From contig OY781964.1 of NCBI GenBank assembly GCA_963677485.1, positions 2,208,001-2,272,000 of the forward strand: a DNA stretch of 64,000 nucleotides, given 5' to 3'. The notes beneath the pieces were generated by a model. It was not told the origin of the DNA and made no database searches. It saw nothing but the letters and a program-made list of their open reading frames with translations. The position numbers and the translations under genes were made by a program. This document shows, piece by piece, positions 46,877 through 57,118 of the stretch; position 1 is the first letter of the stretch, and each line of letters opens with the position of its first letter. This DNA comes from Armatimonadota bacterium (GTDB lineage: Bacteria > Armatimonadota > HRBIN16).

Positions 46877-47899
46877 TTGACCTTAGCATACCTGAAATCT
46901 AGCCGTACGAACACTATCGTCCTGAGCCTGGTATTGACCGGGCTCTGGACGTGTTCCTGTGGTGCGGTGAAAGCGGAAACTATCGCAGAATATGACCGCG
47001 AGTTGGCGTCGGTCAGCCGTGAGCTCACCATCTTGCGGGAAAACGAAAAAGCTGAGCCTGGATCGGCCACGAGTGCGTTGAAGAGTCTGTCCACCAGGGT
47101 GCGTCCAGATATGGATGTCTCGGTGAGCAACGGCGAGACAATTCATGTGGATCTGGGCTGGATATCAAAAGGCATAGACGCAGTGGCGAAACGGGAGCCC
47201 AAAACGCGGTTACAGCGCATCGATAGTCTTGTGGAGCGCGTAGACGCTCAGCGTAGTGCCGCATTGAGTTTCCCCACTATCGATCAAAACTCGGTTGACA
47301 GATCGGAAGCCAAGTTAAAGTCAATATTGGCGGGTTCAGAATACCAGCCATCATGGCTCGAACGTCTCACACGTACAATCCAGTCGTGGCTATATGGACT
47401 ACTCGCGAAACTGCACATACCCTCCTCCGTCGGCAAATTCATCGGATGGCTCACGGTGGTGGTCGCTGCGATCGCGTTCATCGTGGCCGTTATCTTTCTA
47501 GTCTGGCGGCTGCTGGTGGCGGCGTCGCTGGTCAGGTTAAATCGGCCATCACCTCATGCCAAGGCTCAACCAGCGCCGCGGATACCCACACAAACCGCAG
47601 TGATGGATGAAGCGGAGCGCCACGCGGCAGCCGGACGATATAAAGAGGCGTTTAGGGCCGTCTATATGGCAGCGATACTGGCCCTCGACCGTGCGAAGCT
47701 TGTGAAATACATCGACGGTGTCACTAACTGGGAATACCTGAGGGCTCTCACAAAACAGGATCGTGTTCAAGCCGTGCCGCCTTTCAAGGCGATGACCGGC
47801 ACATTCGATAGACTGATCTACGGTAAACAGCTCATTTCGGAGAGCGACTACACCGAGTGTAAAGCACACTATGTGGCTCTTATAGAGGTGCTGAAGTGA
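46877..47899 (+). CDS. DUF4129 domain protein
   Basis: A...A..G.Y..A.R..Y...I..L......TNWEY...F....YG motif. Confidence 0.85.
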   Translation: MTLAYLKSSRTNTIVLSLVLTGLWTCSCGAVKAETIAEYDRELASVSRELTILRENEKAEPGSATSALKSLSTRVRPDMDVSVSNGETIHVDLGWISKGIDAVAKREPKTRLQRIDSLVERVDAQRSAALSFPTIDQNSVDRSEAKLKSILAGSEYQPSWLERLTRTIQSWLYGLLAKLHIPSSVGKFIGWLTVVVAAIAFIVAVIFLVWRLLVAASLVRLNRPSPHAKAQPAPRIPTQTAVMDEAERHAAAGRYKEAFRAVYMAAILALDRAKLVKYIDGVTNWEYLRALTKQDRVQAVPPFKAMTGTFDRLIYGKQLISESDYTECKAHYVALIEVLK

Positions 47900-49116
47900 A
47901 CAGGCTTTCGGGCGATGTGAAGATACTGATCGGGCTGCTGTTGTTCTTGATCATAATGGCCTGTCTCTTTAGCGGAAGGCAGCCAGACGATGGGACTATG
48001 GATTATGTGCCTATACGCAGCAGCTATTCTGTCCGCCGAGGTGGAGTCAAAGCCCTTTACGACACACTAAAAGCCATTGACTATCCCGTGCAGCGTAATA
48101 CCTCGGAGTTAACCGCACAGATTGATGATGGTGTGCTGTTTGTGATCTCTCCGATAACCCCCATATCACAACAGGAGTGGGACGCGCTGGCCCAGTGGGT
48201 GCATCGTGGGAATCTATTGGTATATGCCTGTGATACTGCGCAAGTACCAGAGGAGTTTGACAAGGATCTGCAGATATCCCATTCCGCTCCTTCAGCACCC
48301 TCGTTCCTGACGCCAGGTGTGCGCAAGGTCGATATCTTCGGTAGATTCCGCACCGATACTGAGATGCAGTTTTCGGAATCATCCGAGGCACCACCAAAGA
48401 TAGTCACGCGAAAGATAGGAATGGGTGCGAAACCCCGGCGCGTAAGCAATGCACCAAGGCTGTCGATCATTCCGCTGTTTTCCGATAGCGCGGGAACCGT
48501 GGTGGGCTACAGCCGGTGGGGGCGTGGTGAGGTCATTACTCTGGCTGATGGATGGTTGCTTTCGAATCGTGGCATCAATCAGGGCGACAACTTCCGAATG
48601 GTGCTAAACGCGCTGCAGCACCAGAACCCGACGCGAAAGCTGATGGTCACCTTCGATGAGTATCACCACGGGTATGGTGGTCAGAAGGGTATCATGTCGC
48701 TGATCGACCTGCCTGCGAAAATCGGGCTCGGCGTGATCGCGGTCGCCTTCATACTGCTGGTATTTTCGGCATCACGCCGCTTCGGTAAACCCATTCCGTT
48801 GCTGGAGGAGGGGCGGCAGCGAGGGGAGTATCTCAGCTCAATGTCTGCTCTGCTGAGAAGGGGACGAGCCACCGAACTGGTGCGTCAGGAGCTAGGACAG
48901 CGTTTCCTTTCTGAGACGGCGATCGCAGTTGGAGTCGCACCGGAATCCAAAGTAGACACCATTATTTTAGCCGCGGAGAAGCGGTATCCCGATAAGGTGG
49001 CCGTGCTTCGTGAACTGTGCGAGGCGGCCGTATCCAATGCCCCAGTAAATGACGAGACAGCCATACTAACGATGGCCAGACGATGGCACAAGATGAAAGA
49101 GGAACTGACAAAATGA
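47896..49116 (+). CDS. DUF4350 domain protein
   Basis: SSY....G..ALY, WV..G, G.GEVI, N..I...DN, FDEYHHG, RFG.P motifs. Confidence 0.85.
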   Translation: MNRLSGDVKILIGLLLFLIIMACLFSGRQPDDGTMDYVPIRSSYSVRRGGVKALYDTLKAIDYPVQRNTSELTAQIDDGVLFVISPITPISQQEWDALAQWVHRGNLLVYACDTAQVPEEFDKDLQISHSAPSAPSFLTPGVRKVDIFGRFRTDTEMQFSESSEAPPKIVTRKIGMGAKPRRVSNAPRLSIIPLFSDSAGTVVGYSRWGRGEVITLADGWLLSNRGINQGDNFRMVLNALQHQNPTRKLMVTFDEYHHGYGGQKGIMSLIDLPAKIGLGVIAVAFILLVFSASRRFGKPIPLLEEGRQRGEYLSSMSALLRRGRATELVRQELGQRFLSETAIAVGVAPESKVDTIILAAEKRYPDKVAVLRELCEAAVSNAPVNDETAILTMARRWHKMKEELTK

Positions 49117-50060
49117 CGGTTTACGAACTGGGAGAATATCTCAGAGGCGAAATGAGAAAAGTGATCGCAGGCCAGGACGATGTCATCGAGCAGATGATCG
49201 TCTGTCTGCTCTCAAAAGGGCATGTGTTGTTGGAGGGTGTGCCGGGCATCGCTAAGACATTAATCGCAAAAACCATGGCGCACGTGATAGGCAGCGAGTT
49301 TAAGCGCATCCAGTTCACGCCAGACCTGATGCCGACCGATGTCACTGGCACCTATGTTTATGACTCTAAAACGTCCGAATTCCGACTGAAAAAGGGGCCG
49401 GTATTCACCAATGTGCTGCTGGCAGACGAAATAAACCGAACACCGCCTCGGACGCAATCGGCCATGCTGGAAGCGATGGAAGAGAAGAAGGTCTCCATCG
49501 ATGGCATTGAGCATCTGCTGGACGGTGTGTTTTTTGTGGCGGCCACACAGAACCCCATCGAATACGAAGGCACCTACCCGCTGCCTGAGGCGCAACTCGA
49601 CCGCTTTTTAATGAAGCTGCTTGTGGACTATCCAGGTGAGGGTGATGAACTGGCTGTGGTACGTCACTCGCATGAAGGGTTCAACCCGCATGATCTGGCG
49701 GCTGCGGGGCTATGTCCCCTTGAAAATGCTCAGATACTGACGGATGCCTTCCACGAAGTGCAGCAAGTCAAAGCCGATGACGGCGTGATCAAGTATGCAG
49801 TGGCTATCGCCCGCAAGAGCAGAGAGGCTTACCGCGTAATCCTTGGGGCCAGCCCGCGAGCCTCGGTGGCGCTTCTCAGATGTGGGAAAGCTCTGGCGGC
49901 ACTTCGCCAGCGCGATTACGTGACCCCTGATGACATCAAAAGCCTGGCCCTTCCCATCTTGCGCCATCGGTTAATTTTGTCGCCGGAATGTGCGATCGAG
50001 GGAGTAAAGGCCGATGAAGTAATAGCATCGTTATTGGCCTCTGTTCCTGTGCCGCGATGA
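49113..50060 (+). CDS. MoxR family AAA+ ATPase
   Basis: GHVLLEGVPGIAKT, RIQFTPDLMP.D.TG, LADEINR, ATQNPIEYEGTYPLPEAQLDRF, GASPR. Confidence 0.96.
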   Translation: MTVYELGEYLRGEMRKVIAGQDDVIEQMIVCLLSKGHVLLEGVPGIAKTLIAKTMAHVIGSEFKRIQFTPDLMPTDVTGTYVYDSKTSEFRLKKGPVFTNVLLADEINRTPPRTQSAMLEAMEEKKVSIDGIEHLLDGVFFVAATQNPIEYEGTYPLPEAQLDRFLMKLLVDYPGEGDELAVVRHSHEGFNPHDLAAAGLCPLENAQILTDAFHEVQQVKADDGVIKYAVAIARKSREAYRVILGASPRASVALLRCGKALAALRQRDYVTPDDIKSLALPILRHRLILSPECAIEGVKADEVIASLLASVPVPR

Positions 50061-51421
50061 GCATTCCGAGCAAACCAGTAAAGCCGCGGATCTACCCCAC
50101 GCGACGCCTTGCTGCGGCAACGGCGCTGGGGTCGATTTGGTTCTTTGCCGCAGCCTGGACTGGCCCGGTATTACTTTGGATTGGTGCGTTCTATCTGCTG
50201 ATACTGCTGGTTCTGGCGGTGCTAGACAGCCGTTACGTCGCCGATTCGCGCGAATGCAGTGTCTCCAGAAGCATCGACACAGTGCTATCGCTGGGTGAGC
50301 CGAACGCCATCTGGGTGGAGGCCGTACACCGCGGCAAACAGTTCATCCGGGTAGTCGTGAGAGACGAGCCTCCGATTGACTACCGCTGTGAGAGCTCCAT
50401 TGTTCGGTTTGAGCTGCAGCCGGAGGAGACCGCGAAGGCCAACTACAAAGTCAAACCGCTCGAGCGAGGCGACTACCAGTTCGGCGATGTGAATGTGAGG
50501 TTCACCACCCGTCTTGGGCTAGTGATGCGCCAGGTCGTGGTACCCTCCCAAGTGATGGTGAAGGTATACCCGGACGTATTCCAGACCAAGAAGCATCTCA
50601 TCTTAGCTCGAGAGAACCGCGCGAACATGATGGGCTTGCGAAGGTCAAGGATGTTAGGGCAGGGGCAGGAGTTTGAACGTCTGCGTGACTACGTGCCGGA
50701 CGACCCGCTGAGGCATGTAGACTGGAAAGCCACCGCGCGTCGGGGCAGTTTAATCACCCGCGAATACAACGTTGAGCAGAGTCAGAACATCATGATCGTG
50801 CTAGATATGGGGCGCACCATGGCCAGCCGAACCGAGGAAAGCGACGGCCAATTGGGCATGAGCAAAGCGGACTACGCCATCAACGCCGCGATATTGTTGG
50901 CCCATGTCGCGGCGGAATCGGATGATAGAGTAGGGTTGTTCTGTTTCGCTAAATCCCCGATAGCCTTCCTTGCTCCGGGTAAGGGTGCTGCTCAAGCTGC
51001 GGCGTTGATGGAGACGTTATACCCGCTTCAACCGCGTATCGAGGAGTCGGATTACTACGAGAGCCTGGCTCTGTTGAGCCACCGGCAGAGGAAGCGATCG
51101 TTGATATTCCTGCTGACCGACCTGGTGGATACCGAGTCTTCACGTTCGTTGATTTCAAGCGTGGCGATGCTGGTGCGGAAGCACCTTGTGGTGTGTGTGG
51201 CCATCGCAGATTATGAGCTGCCCTCGATCGTCGCTGCTCAGCCCGAACGTGTCTCCGATCTGTATACGCAGACGGCGGCAGCCAGCGTGATGCGCGACCG
51301 TAAGTCGGCACTCTCACAGCTTTCGCGGCTGGGTGTGGTGACGCTGGATGCCACGCCAGCGGACCTTTCTGTGGCGACAGTGAATAAGTACCTACAGCTG
51401 AAGCGCGAGGCACGGATATAA
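50057..51421 (+). CDS. DUF58 (vWA-like) domain protein
   Basis: G.EFERLRDY.PDD.LR.VDWKATAR, MIDAS-like D.GRTM, DRVGL, LTD. Confidence 0.93.
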   Translation: MSIPSKPVKPRIYPTRRLAAATALGSIWFFAAAWTGPVLLWIGAFYLLILLVLAVLDSRYVADSRECSVSRSIDTVLSLGEPNAIWVEAVHRGKQFIRVVVRDEPPIDYRCESSIVRFELQPEETAKANYKVKPLERGDYQFGDVNVRFTTRLGLVMRQVVVPSQVMVKVYPDVFQTKKHLILARENRANMMGLRRSRMLGQGQEFERLRDYVPDDPLRHVDWKATARRGSLITREYNVEQSQNIMIVLDMGRTMASRTEESDGQLGMSKADYAINAAILLAHVAAESDDRVGLFCFAKSPIAFLAPGKGAAQAAALMETLYPLQPRIEESDYYESLALLSHRQRKRSLIFLLTDLVDTESSRSLISSVAMLVRKHLVVCVAIADYELPSIVAAQPERVSDLYTQTAAASVMRDRKSALSQLSRLGVVTLDATPADLSVATVNKYLQLKREARI

Positions 51422-51688
51422 CACTTCGTGTGTTGACGGCGCCAATCGTGTGGTAGCCCGTGATAGTCATGGAGCACCCTTCCGGCGCGCTTTATCGGAT
51501 AGCCCTCCCACTACGCGGTATGAATGGCTGTCCGGTCGAGTCGTCATGCGGCAACCATAACAGCAACTCCCCCCAACCTTCGAGTGCTTGATTGCCAGTT
51601 GCGCAATCTGATCTGTGACCAGTGGTGATAAACGAAGGCGATGGGACTTATTGGTGATCGGCGGAACCCCACCGTCACAGTCAGGAGC

Positions 51689-52186
51689 TCATCCGCTGTG
51701 TTCCCTCAAACAGGCACCCCAGCCCTTGCTATGTGGTCGCGGCAGACCAGCCAAACAGCACAGACCGAAGAAAGTGAGTGCCGGCACCAGTAGAATTTCT
51801 ACAGAGGTGACCACTATGATCATGAACAGATTCAGCCGCTCGTCCGGGTTATTGGGGGGGGCCATGGCCATCAGATACAGTGCATACGCAGTATAGGTAG
51901 CCAGTATCACACCATAAAACGGCCAGTAACGCCGCAGCAAACAGGCAATACACACAAACAACATGGCCGTCAGGGACTGTTCCACTAGACCCGCCAGGTA
52001 GTTTGTAGACTGCGTACCCGACTGGTTTGTGCTGGACATGGCGTTCGGGATAAACCAAAACAGCCCCATCACCACGCCCGTTAACAACAGCATCACCACA
52101 TATGCAGCGACCAGTTTCGGGTTTTCTGCAATATCCTTCGACAGCGTACCGAATACACATGCCAGGTTCGTCCGTATTTTGTCCAT
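51689..52186 (-). CDS. Hypothetical membrane protein (about 4 TM)
   Basis: Hydrophobic helices; SD GGAG upstream; co-oriented downstream of the prepilin gene. Confidence 0.55.
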   Translation of the reverse strand: MDKIRTNLACVFGTLSKDIAENPKLVAAYVVMLLLTGVVMGLFWFIPNAMSSTNQSGTQSTNYLAGLVEQSLTAMLFVCIACLLRRYWPFYGVILATYTAYALYLMAMAPPNNPDERLNLFMIIVVTSVEILLVPALTFFGLCCLAGLPRPHSKGWGACLREHSG

Positions 52187-52247
52187 CAGTTATGCTCCAT
52201 AGTTTGTTCATTGAGTATGTCTATCTACAAAGGCACTACGGTAATCT

Positions 52248-52961
52248 CTATCTTGGCTCCATCCGCAGCTCAGGCGGCAGGTTCTTTTTGCTCGCATCAG
52301 GGGCCGGTAATTCGGTTGTGTAGCCTACAGGAAAACAAAAAATCGTGCTCCACATGAACCCTATATTCAAGGCACCGATCCCAGGTCTATATGGAAACTG
52401 GTTGCAACGCTCTACATGACCGTCACTGTATAGTTTTAAGTAGCCATCAGGCATAAGGTTACGGTCCGACTTTACTCTTTTGCCATATTCCATTGCGCTC
52501 TCACGTTCTGCATAATAAGGTAATGGAAATACTGTTAATGGATGGAAGATATCCGCCATCCAAATTACATCGTGTTGTTCGGGCGAGTAGAATTCGCTGA
52601 GCGTCTTCTCCGATAGCCTTTCTATGCCCGGCACCGAACGTGTGTACGCGTAGGAGCCGATGAGCGGCTTACCAAAAGTTAGTGTACAGCCTTTGGTCCA
52701 CTCCTTATCGTTGGGGCAGCAGGTGGGCATCTTCTTCAATAGCTCGTGTGCCATCTGGTCATCAGGCGGCAACTCGGTGGCGTAGTCATTCATATACAAC
52801 CTTAAGGCAACTCCGCACTGGCGCAAGTTGGAAATACACACCACATCCTTGCTCTTTTTCCGCGCACCAATCAGCACAGGATATAACACCGCCGTCAGTA
52901 TTCCGATGATGGCGATGACCACCAGCAGTTCGAGAACCGTGAACGCGCGACGATGGGTCAT
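52248..52961 (-). CDS. Prepilin-type N-terminal cleavage/methylation domain protein (type II secretion pseudopilin-like)
   Basis: RRA|FTVLELLVVIAIIGIL..., C.SNLRQ.G.A...Y..DY, C-terminal YSDGHV; start reassigned from the longer ORF. Confidence 0.9.
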   Translation of the reverse strand: MTHRRAFTVLELLVVIAIIGILTAVLYPVLIGARKKSKDVVCISNLRQCGVALRLYMNDYATELPPDDQMAHELLKKMPTCCPNDKEWTKGCTLTFGKPLIGSYAYTRSVPGIERLSEKTLSEFYSPEQHDVIWMADIFHPLTVFPLPYYAERESAMEYGKRVKSDRNLMPDGYLKLYSDGHVERCNQFPYRPGIGALNIGFMWSTIFCFPVGYTTELPAPDASKKNLPPELRMEPR

Positions 52962-53164
52962 GACTCGCATCTCCGTATAGACTTGATTGGTATCTTTATG
53001 ACTACTCAGCACTAAGGGTCTTTCGCCAATGCCGACGGGCGATAGGGACGTTCCTGCACCGCGCGGCAGCGTGGGACACTTGGTATCATAGTTGCGCACT
53101 GGCGATGAGCGACGGGTTCGGTGGCCCGTCCGTGACTTCGTCCCGGTACGGGCACAGTCACCCA

Positions 53165-53188
53165 GGGCGATTCGCGAATCGCCCCTAC
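53165..53188 (-). repeat. Canonical GTAG-type REP palindrome
   Basis: Minus strand GTAG-GGGCGATTCGCGAATCGCCC (perfect 20-bp palindrome); flanked by direct repeats ccgacgggcg(a)taggga at about 53032 and 53201. Confidence 0.7.
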
Positions 53189-53651
53189 ACAGCCCGCGTT
53201 CCGACGGGCGTAGGGAAGGACGCCTGCCCCGGCTGTGACTACATCGCAGAACGTAGTCGTGCGGGTGACTAAACTCGCGGCACATCGCACATAATGTTGC
53301 TGAGTGGATGATCGGAAACGACCGAACACCACACTAGTATTAAGTATACTTACTGTCGTTTTTAATGTGCATGGTTTTTCGGAGGTTCCCGCCAATATAA
53401 CGTGCAAACTAGTATTATTACCAGTCTCAGTATGCCCATAGACAATCTGTTCGCCACCTATTCCGAGTGCATAGACGCAAACATGATCCACGCCAACCAT
53501 CGTCGGCACAAGCCTGGCACTGCTCATTTCGAAAACACTGCCAAAATCGCGTTCATATACGGGTAATCTGATGGTGTGCCCCAGTCTAAATGTGTGGTAT
53601 CTTGCTCTGAAATTCCCACTCCAACCGATCGATCGGGAGGTAACCTCATAA

Positions 53652-55010
53652 ATGAACATCACGAAACTGGCTATGTACCTGTCTGCAATGATTTTTGTCG
53701 CTCCCCTGTATGCTCAGACGACCTGGATTCGCGCCGATGTGGGCGAAGACCGCATATTCGATGTGATTTGCGCGCGGACTAATGCGACCAAAAGCCTGTA
53801 TGTTGCGCGGAAAAGTGCGGGCGTGGTCAGCACGGAATATGTTGGCAATGTATGGGTGAACACCGTCATTGACAACATCAACCGCTATATGTCTTTGGCA
53901 CCAGGAACCAGCAGCTCTGAGCTATACGGTCTGCGGACCGACGGATATTTGTATAGGATGCTCAAAGGCACAAGCTGGACATCCTCACGTGTGGATTCCT
54001 CCAGGGCCTATTCTAGCCTGATGCCGGGCAAGTTCAATGATGGTTTCATCGGAATGGTGGGCAAAAACGGTGGTTTATACTCATACGGGTATGTGAACAT
54101 CAGCCCTGTCACCCGAGTGTTGTATGAGGGGGCTACATTTCGAGGCGCGTATGCGGCAGGCGACCGCGTGCTGGCCTGCGCGAGCACCGGTGGGCTAGTG
54201 CTGTTTCGCGCGGCCACAAACTGGCAGCCGGAAGTGATCACAGCCTCAGGCAGCTATCAGACGGCACTCATCGACAGCGGTGACCCCAACACGATCTACG
54301 CTCTGGGCACCGACAGCAAGTTGAGCATCGTGCGGAATGGACCGTCTGGCTGGCAGGCGTCGGTGATGGACCCCGACACGTTGTATTATTCCATCACAAT
54401 TTCGCCTGTGGAGCCGGGGTTAGTCTACGCATCAGCCAAGTCTGGTGCCATCTTTTGCTGGTGGCAGCAAGAGGGCATATGGGGAGCGACCAGCATCAGC
54501 CAGGGGAAATACGGTCAACTGACCACGGACTGGTACGGAACGGGGCTGGTCTATGCCGTGCCGTCTATCGGTGCCAAACTGCAAGGAACGCTGGTATTCA
54601 ACCAATTCTCCTTCAAAAACCCCGAAAGAGTGCCGATGATGATTTCGCTGCGGAACAACCAGGGCACCGAGGTGGGCAGTTATCAAGTGGATGTGGATAA
54701 CACCGGTGCTTACAGCATCGACACCAATGCTTATGGTGTGCATACGCTGTATGTCAAAGGGCTGCATTTCCTGGGCAAGAAGTCACCAAGTGTGTTCATC
54801 CCCGACACGGGCACAGCCAACGTGGCCTCCCTCAGCCTGGCTAACGGTGATACCAATGCCGATGGCGGGGTCAACCTGTTTGACTACGTGGTGCTAGATG
54901 AGCACTTCAACACTCCCTGGCAGATGGCCGATGTGGACGGCGACGGCAGCGTGAACCTGTTTGACTATGTGATTCTGGACATGTATTTCGGAGCCCAGGC
55001 GGACAAATAA
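53652..55010 (+). CDS. Secreted beta-propeller-like protein with C-terminal dockerin-like (double EF-hand) domain
   Basis: Signal peptide; GDTNADGGVNLFDY...ADVDGDGSVNLFDY duplicated Ca-binding loop. Confidence 0.8.
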   Translation: MNITKLAMYLSAMIFVAPLYAQTTWIRADVGEDRIFDVICARTNATKSLYVARKSAGVVSTEYVGNVWVNTVIDNINRYMSLAPGTSSSELYGLRTDGYLYRMLKGTSWTSSRVDSSRAYSSLMPGKFNDGFIGMVGKNGGLYSYGYVNISPVTRVLYEGATFRGAYAAGDRVLACASTGGLVLFRAATNWQPEVITASGSYQTALIDSGDPNTIYALGTDSKLSIVRNGPSGWQASVMDPDTLYYSITISPVEPGLVYASAKSGAIFCWWQQEGIWGATSISQGKYGQLTTDWYGTGLVYAVPSIGAKLQGTLVFNQFSFKNPERVPMMISLRNNQGTEVGSYQVDVDNTGAYSIDTNAYGVHTLYVKGLHFLGKKSPSVFIPDTGTANVASLSLANGDTNADGGVNLFDYVVLDEHFNTPWQMADVDGDGSVNLFDYVILDMYFGAQADK

Positions 55011-55102
55011 GCGTGCGGGAGCCGTTGACATTGGCTTGATGCCAACGGCCTAAAGACCAGCCTATTACCCACAAATACATAACGCACGATAGCGATCTTC
55101 CG

Positions 55103-55315
55103 GGCACCCACGAAGTGGGTAGCAGTTCTTATAGCCACGGGTGAGCGCCAGCGAAACCCGTGGTCTACGATGTACCATTCCTACCCCGAAGTGGGTCGCA
55201 CCGGATGGTCACGGTAAACGACCCACGTTCGTGGGTAGATGGTGTCGGACAATCCTCCACGGGTTGCGCTTCGCTTACCCGTGGCTATAAGAATCCTACC
55301 CACTCCGTGGGTGCC
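55103..55315. mobile_element. 213-bp palindromic non-autonomous element (IS200/RAYT-type REPIN-like)
   Basis: About 60-bp near-perfect inverted arms 55103-55163 / 55257-55315, each containing hairpins; inner inverted pair 55181-55198 / 55219-55238. Confidence 0.7.
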
Positions 55316-55584
55316 GGACCATCAAGAGCACATTATATGTTTTGTCCACACCATGCCCAAAACCAAAACTCGAGTTGTGCGTCATAAAAGGGGCTTTCAA
55401 CCCGCGACAGGTGAACAATCGATTTGTGACCTGCGGGTGGCTCCGATCTATATTTGCAGGATATGCTTTGTGGGTAATAGGCTGTGCTTGAACGCGTGGC
55501 GAAAACACCCAGACCGCACCCCTCCTTGTCTTCTCTCTCCTCCTGTAGAATGTAGATGTAAGTAGCATATACTGGGAGGACATC

Positions 55585-56670
55585 ATGCCTGAACAAAATC
55601 AGGTCACTGCGCAACAGATACTTGACGCATTGACCGTTATCATAGACCCGGACCTTGGGCGGGACATCGTCTCTCTGGGGTTCGTCAAAGAGATCAAAAT
55701 CTGCGGCGGACAGGTGGGCTTTGACATCGAGCTAACCACCCCAGCCTGCCCTGTGAAAGACCGATTTAAGAAGCAGGCCGAAGAGGCCGTTTTGGCCATT
55801 GACGGCGTGACCAGCGTCAATGTCAGTATGACCAGCCAGGTTCGAGGGCGCGAGCAGGTGGCTCCCGAAGAGCTGCTGCCTGGCGTTAAGAACGTGATCG
55901 CCGTGGCTAGCGGCAAGGGCGGAGTGGGCAAAAGCACCGTCTCCGTCAACCTCGCTGTGGCACTGGCTCAGACCGGTGCGAAAGTCGGGCTGCTGGACGC
56001 CGACATCTATGGCCCCTCCATTCCGATGATGATGGGCACCTCGGGCAAGCCGCAACTGAACTCTGAGAACAAAATCATCCCCATCGAGCGTTTTGGCGTG
56101 CAGATCATGAGCCTTGGCTTCCTGCTGCCCGATGACCAAGCGGTGGTCTGGCGAGGTCCGCTGGTGGCGGGCGCGGTTAAGCAGTTACTCACCGATGTGG
56201 ATTGGGGCGAGTTGGACTATCTTGTGGTAGATCTTCCCCCGGGCACTGGCGATGCTCCGCTGACCTTGGCGCAGACTGCGCCGTTGACGGGCATCGTGAT
56301 CGTCATGACACCGCAGGATGTGGCCCTCTCGATCGCCAGTAAGTCGGTGGCGATGTTCCGCAAACTGGAAGAGGGGCTGAAGCGTCCGATGCCGATTCTG
56401 GGCATCGTGGAGAACATGGCCGGGTTTGTGTGCAGCAACTGCGGGCAATACCATGAGGTGTTCGTGGGTGCCGGTGGGGCCGCCGCGGCGGAGCGGTTGG
56501 ATGTGCCGTTCCTGGGTGCTATTCCACTGGATCCGGGCATCAGTGCCAGCGGTGATGCCGGTGTGCCTGCCATCGTGGCCGCCCCGGATTCGCCCCAATC
56601 CCTTAGCTTCCATGAGATCGCTGGCCGGCTTGCTCAGCAGCTCAGCATCACTCAGATGCCCAAAGGCTAA
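55585..56670 (+). CDS. mrp: Mrp/NBP35 family Fe-S cluster carrier ATPase (ApbC)
   Basis: N-terminal DPDL..DIVSLG, LTTPACP; GKGGVGKST; DADIYGPS; WRGP; D.PPGTGD; ENM...CSNC. Confidence 0.95.
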   Translation: MPEQNQVTAQQILDALTVIIDPDLGRDIVSLGFVKEIKICGGQVGFDIELTTPACPVKDRFKKQAEEAVLAIDGVTSVNVSMTSQVRGREQVAPEELLPGVKNVIAVASGKGGVGKSTVSVNLAVALAQTGAKVGLLDADIYGPSIPMMMGTSGKPQLNSENKIIPIERFGVQIMSLGFLLPDDQAVVWRGPLVAGAVKQLLTDVDWGELDYLVVDLPPGTGDAPLTLAQTAPLTGIVIVMTPQDVALSIASKSVAMFRKLEEGLKRPMPILGIVENMAGFVCSNCGQYHEVFVGAGGAAAAERLDVPFLGAIPLDPGISASGDAGVPAIVAAPDSPQSLSFHEIAGRLAQQLSITQMPKG

Positions 56671-56675
56671 ATCGG

Positions 56676-56933
56676 TTGACACCGGAAGAGTTAGAAGAGC
56701 GGCTGCAGCAGGCTTTCGAGCAGGTGCAGCCGCAACTGCTGGCAGATGGCATCCAGGCCGAGTGCGTCGAAGTGCGTGGGGCCATCATGTTCGTCAAACT
56801 GCATGGCGTCTGCCTGACGTGCTCTCGGCATCAGATGGCTCAGCGGCATTACATCGAGGCGGCCATCCGCAAGCTCGTGCCCGAGCTGGGCGCCGTCTGG
56901 CCGGATACCGCCGAATACCGTGCGCAGATTTAG
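56676..56933 (+). CDS. NifU C-terminal-like domain protein
   Basis: V.P.L.ADG...VKLHGVCLTC CxxC motif; follows mrp. Confidence 0.8.
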   Translation: MTPEELEERLQQAFEQVQPQLLADGIQAECVEVRGAIMFVKLHGVCLTCSRHQMAQRHYIEAAIRKLVPELGAVWPDTAEYRAQI

Positions 56934-56997
56934 GGCAGGGGTGCAGTCAATGACTGGGTTTAGTCACACACACCACCACTGGCACGAAAGGAATGAT

Positions 56998-57048
56998 AAT
57001 CCACAGATTACACAGATTACGCAGATTAGGTAGTTGACCGAGCCGGTT
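56998..57048. repeat. D-type triplet repeat aatccacagattacacagattacgcagattagg
   Basis: Matches 24614-24663 including the downstream ta..gaccg.g.cggtt. Confidence 0.8.
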
Positions 57049-57118
57049 CCTCAGTTACCAACTAGTACCCCCCCCAATCCGGTACACTAAAAATACCAAA
57101 CCCTGTGGAGGTAGAACG

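Noticed and set aside
52962-53662. N-terminal extension of the prepilin ORF to 53285 and the 216-aa ORF 53012-53662
   Set aside because: The prepilin motif must be N-terminal; the extension runs through REP repeats and an AT-rich promoter region.
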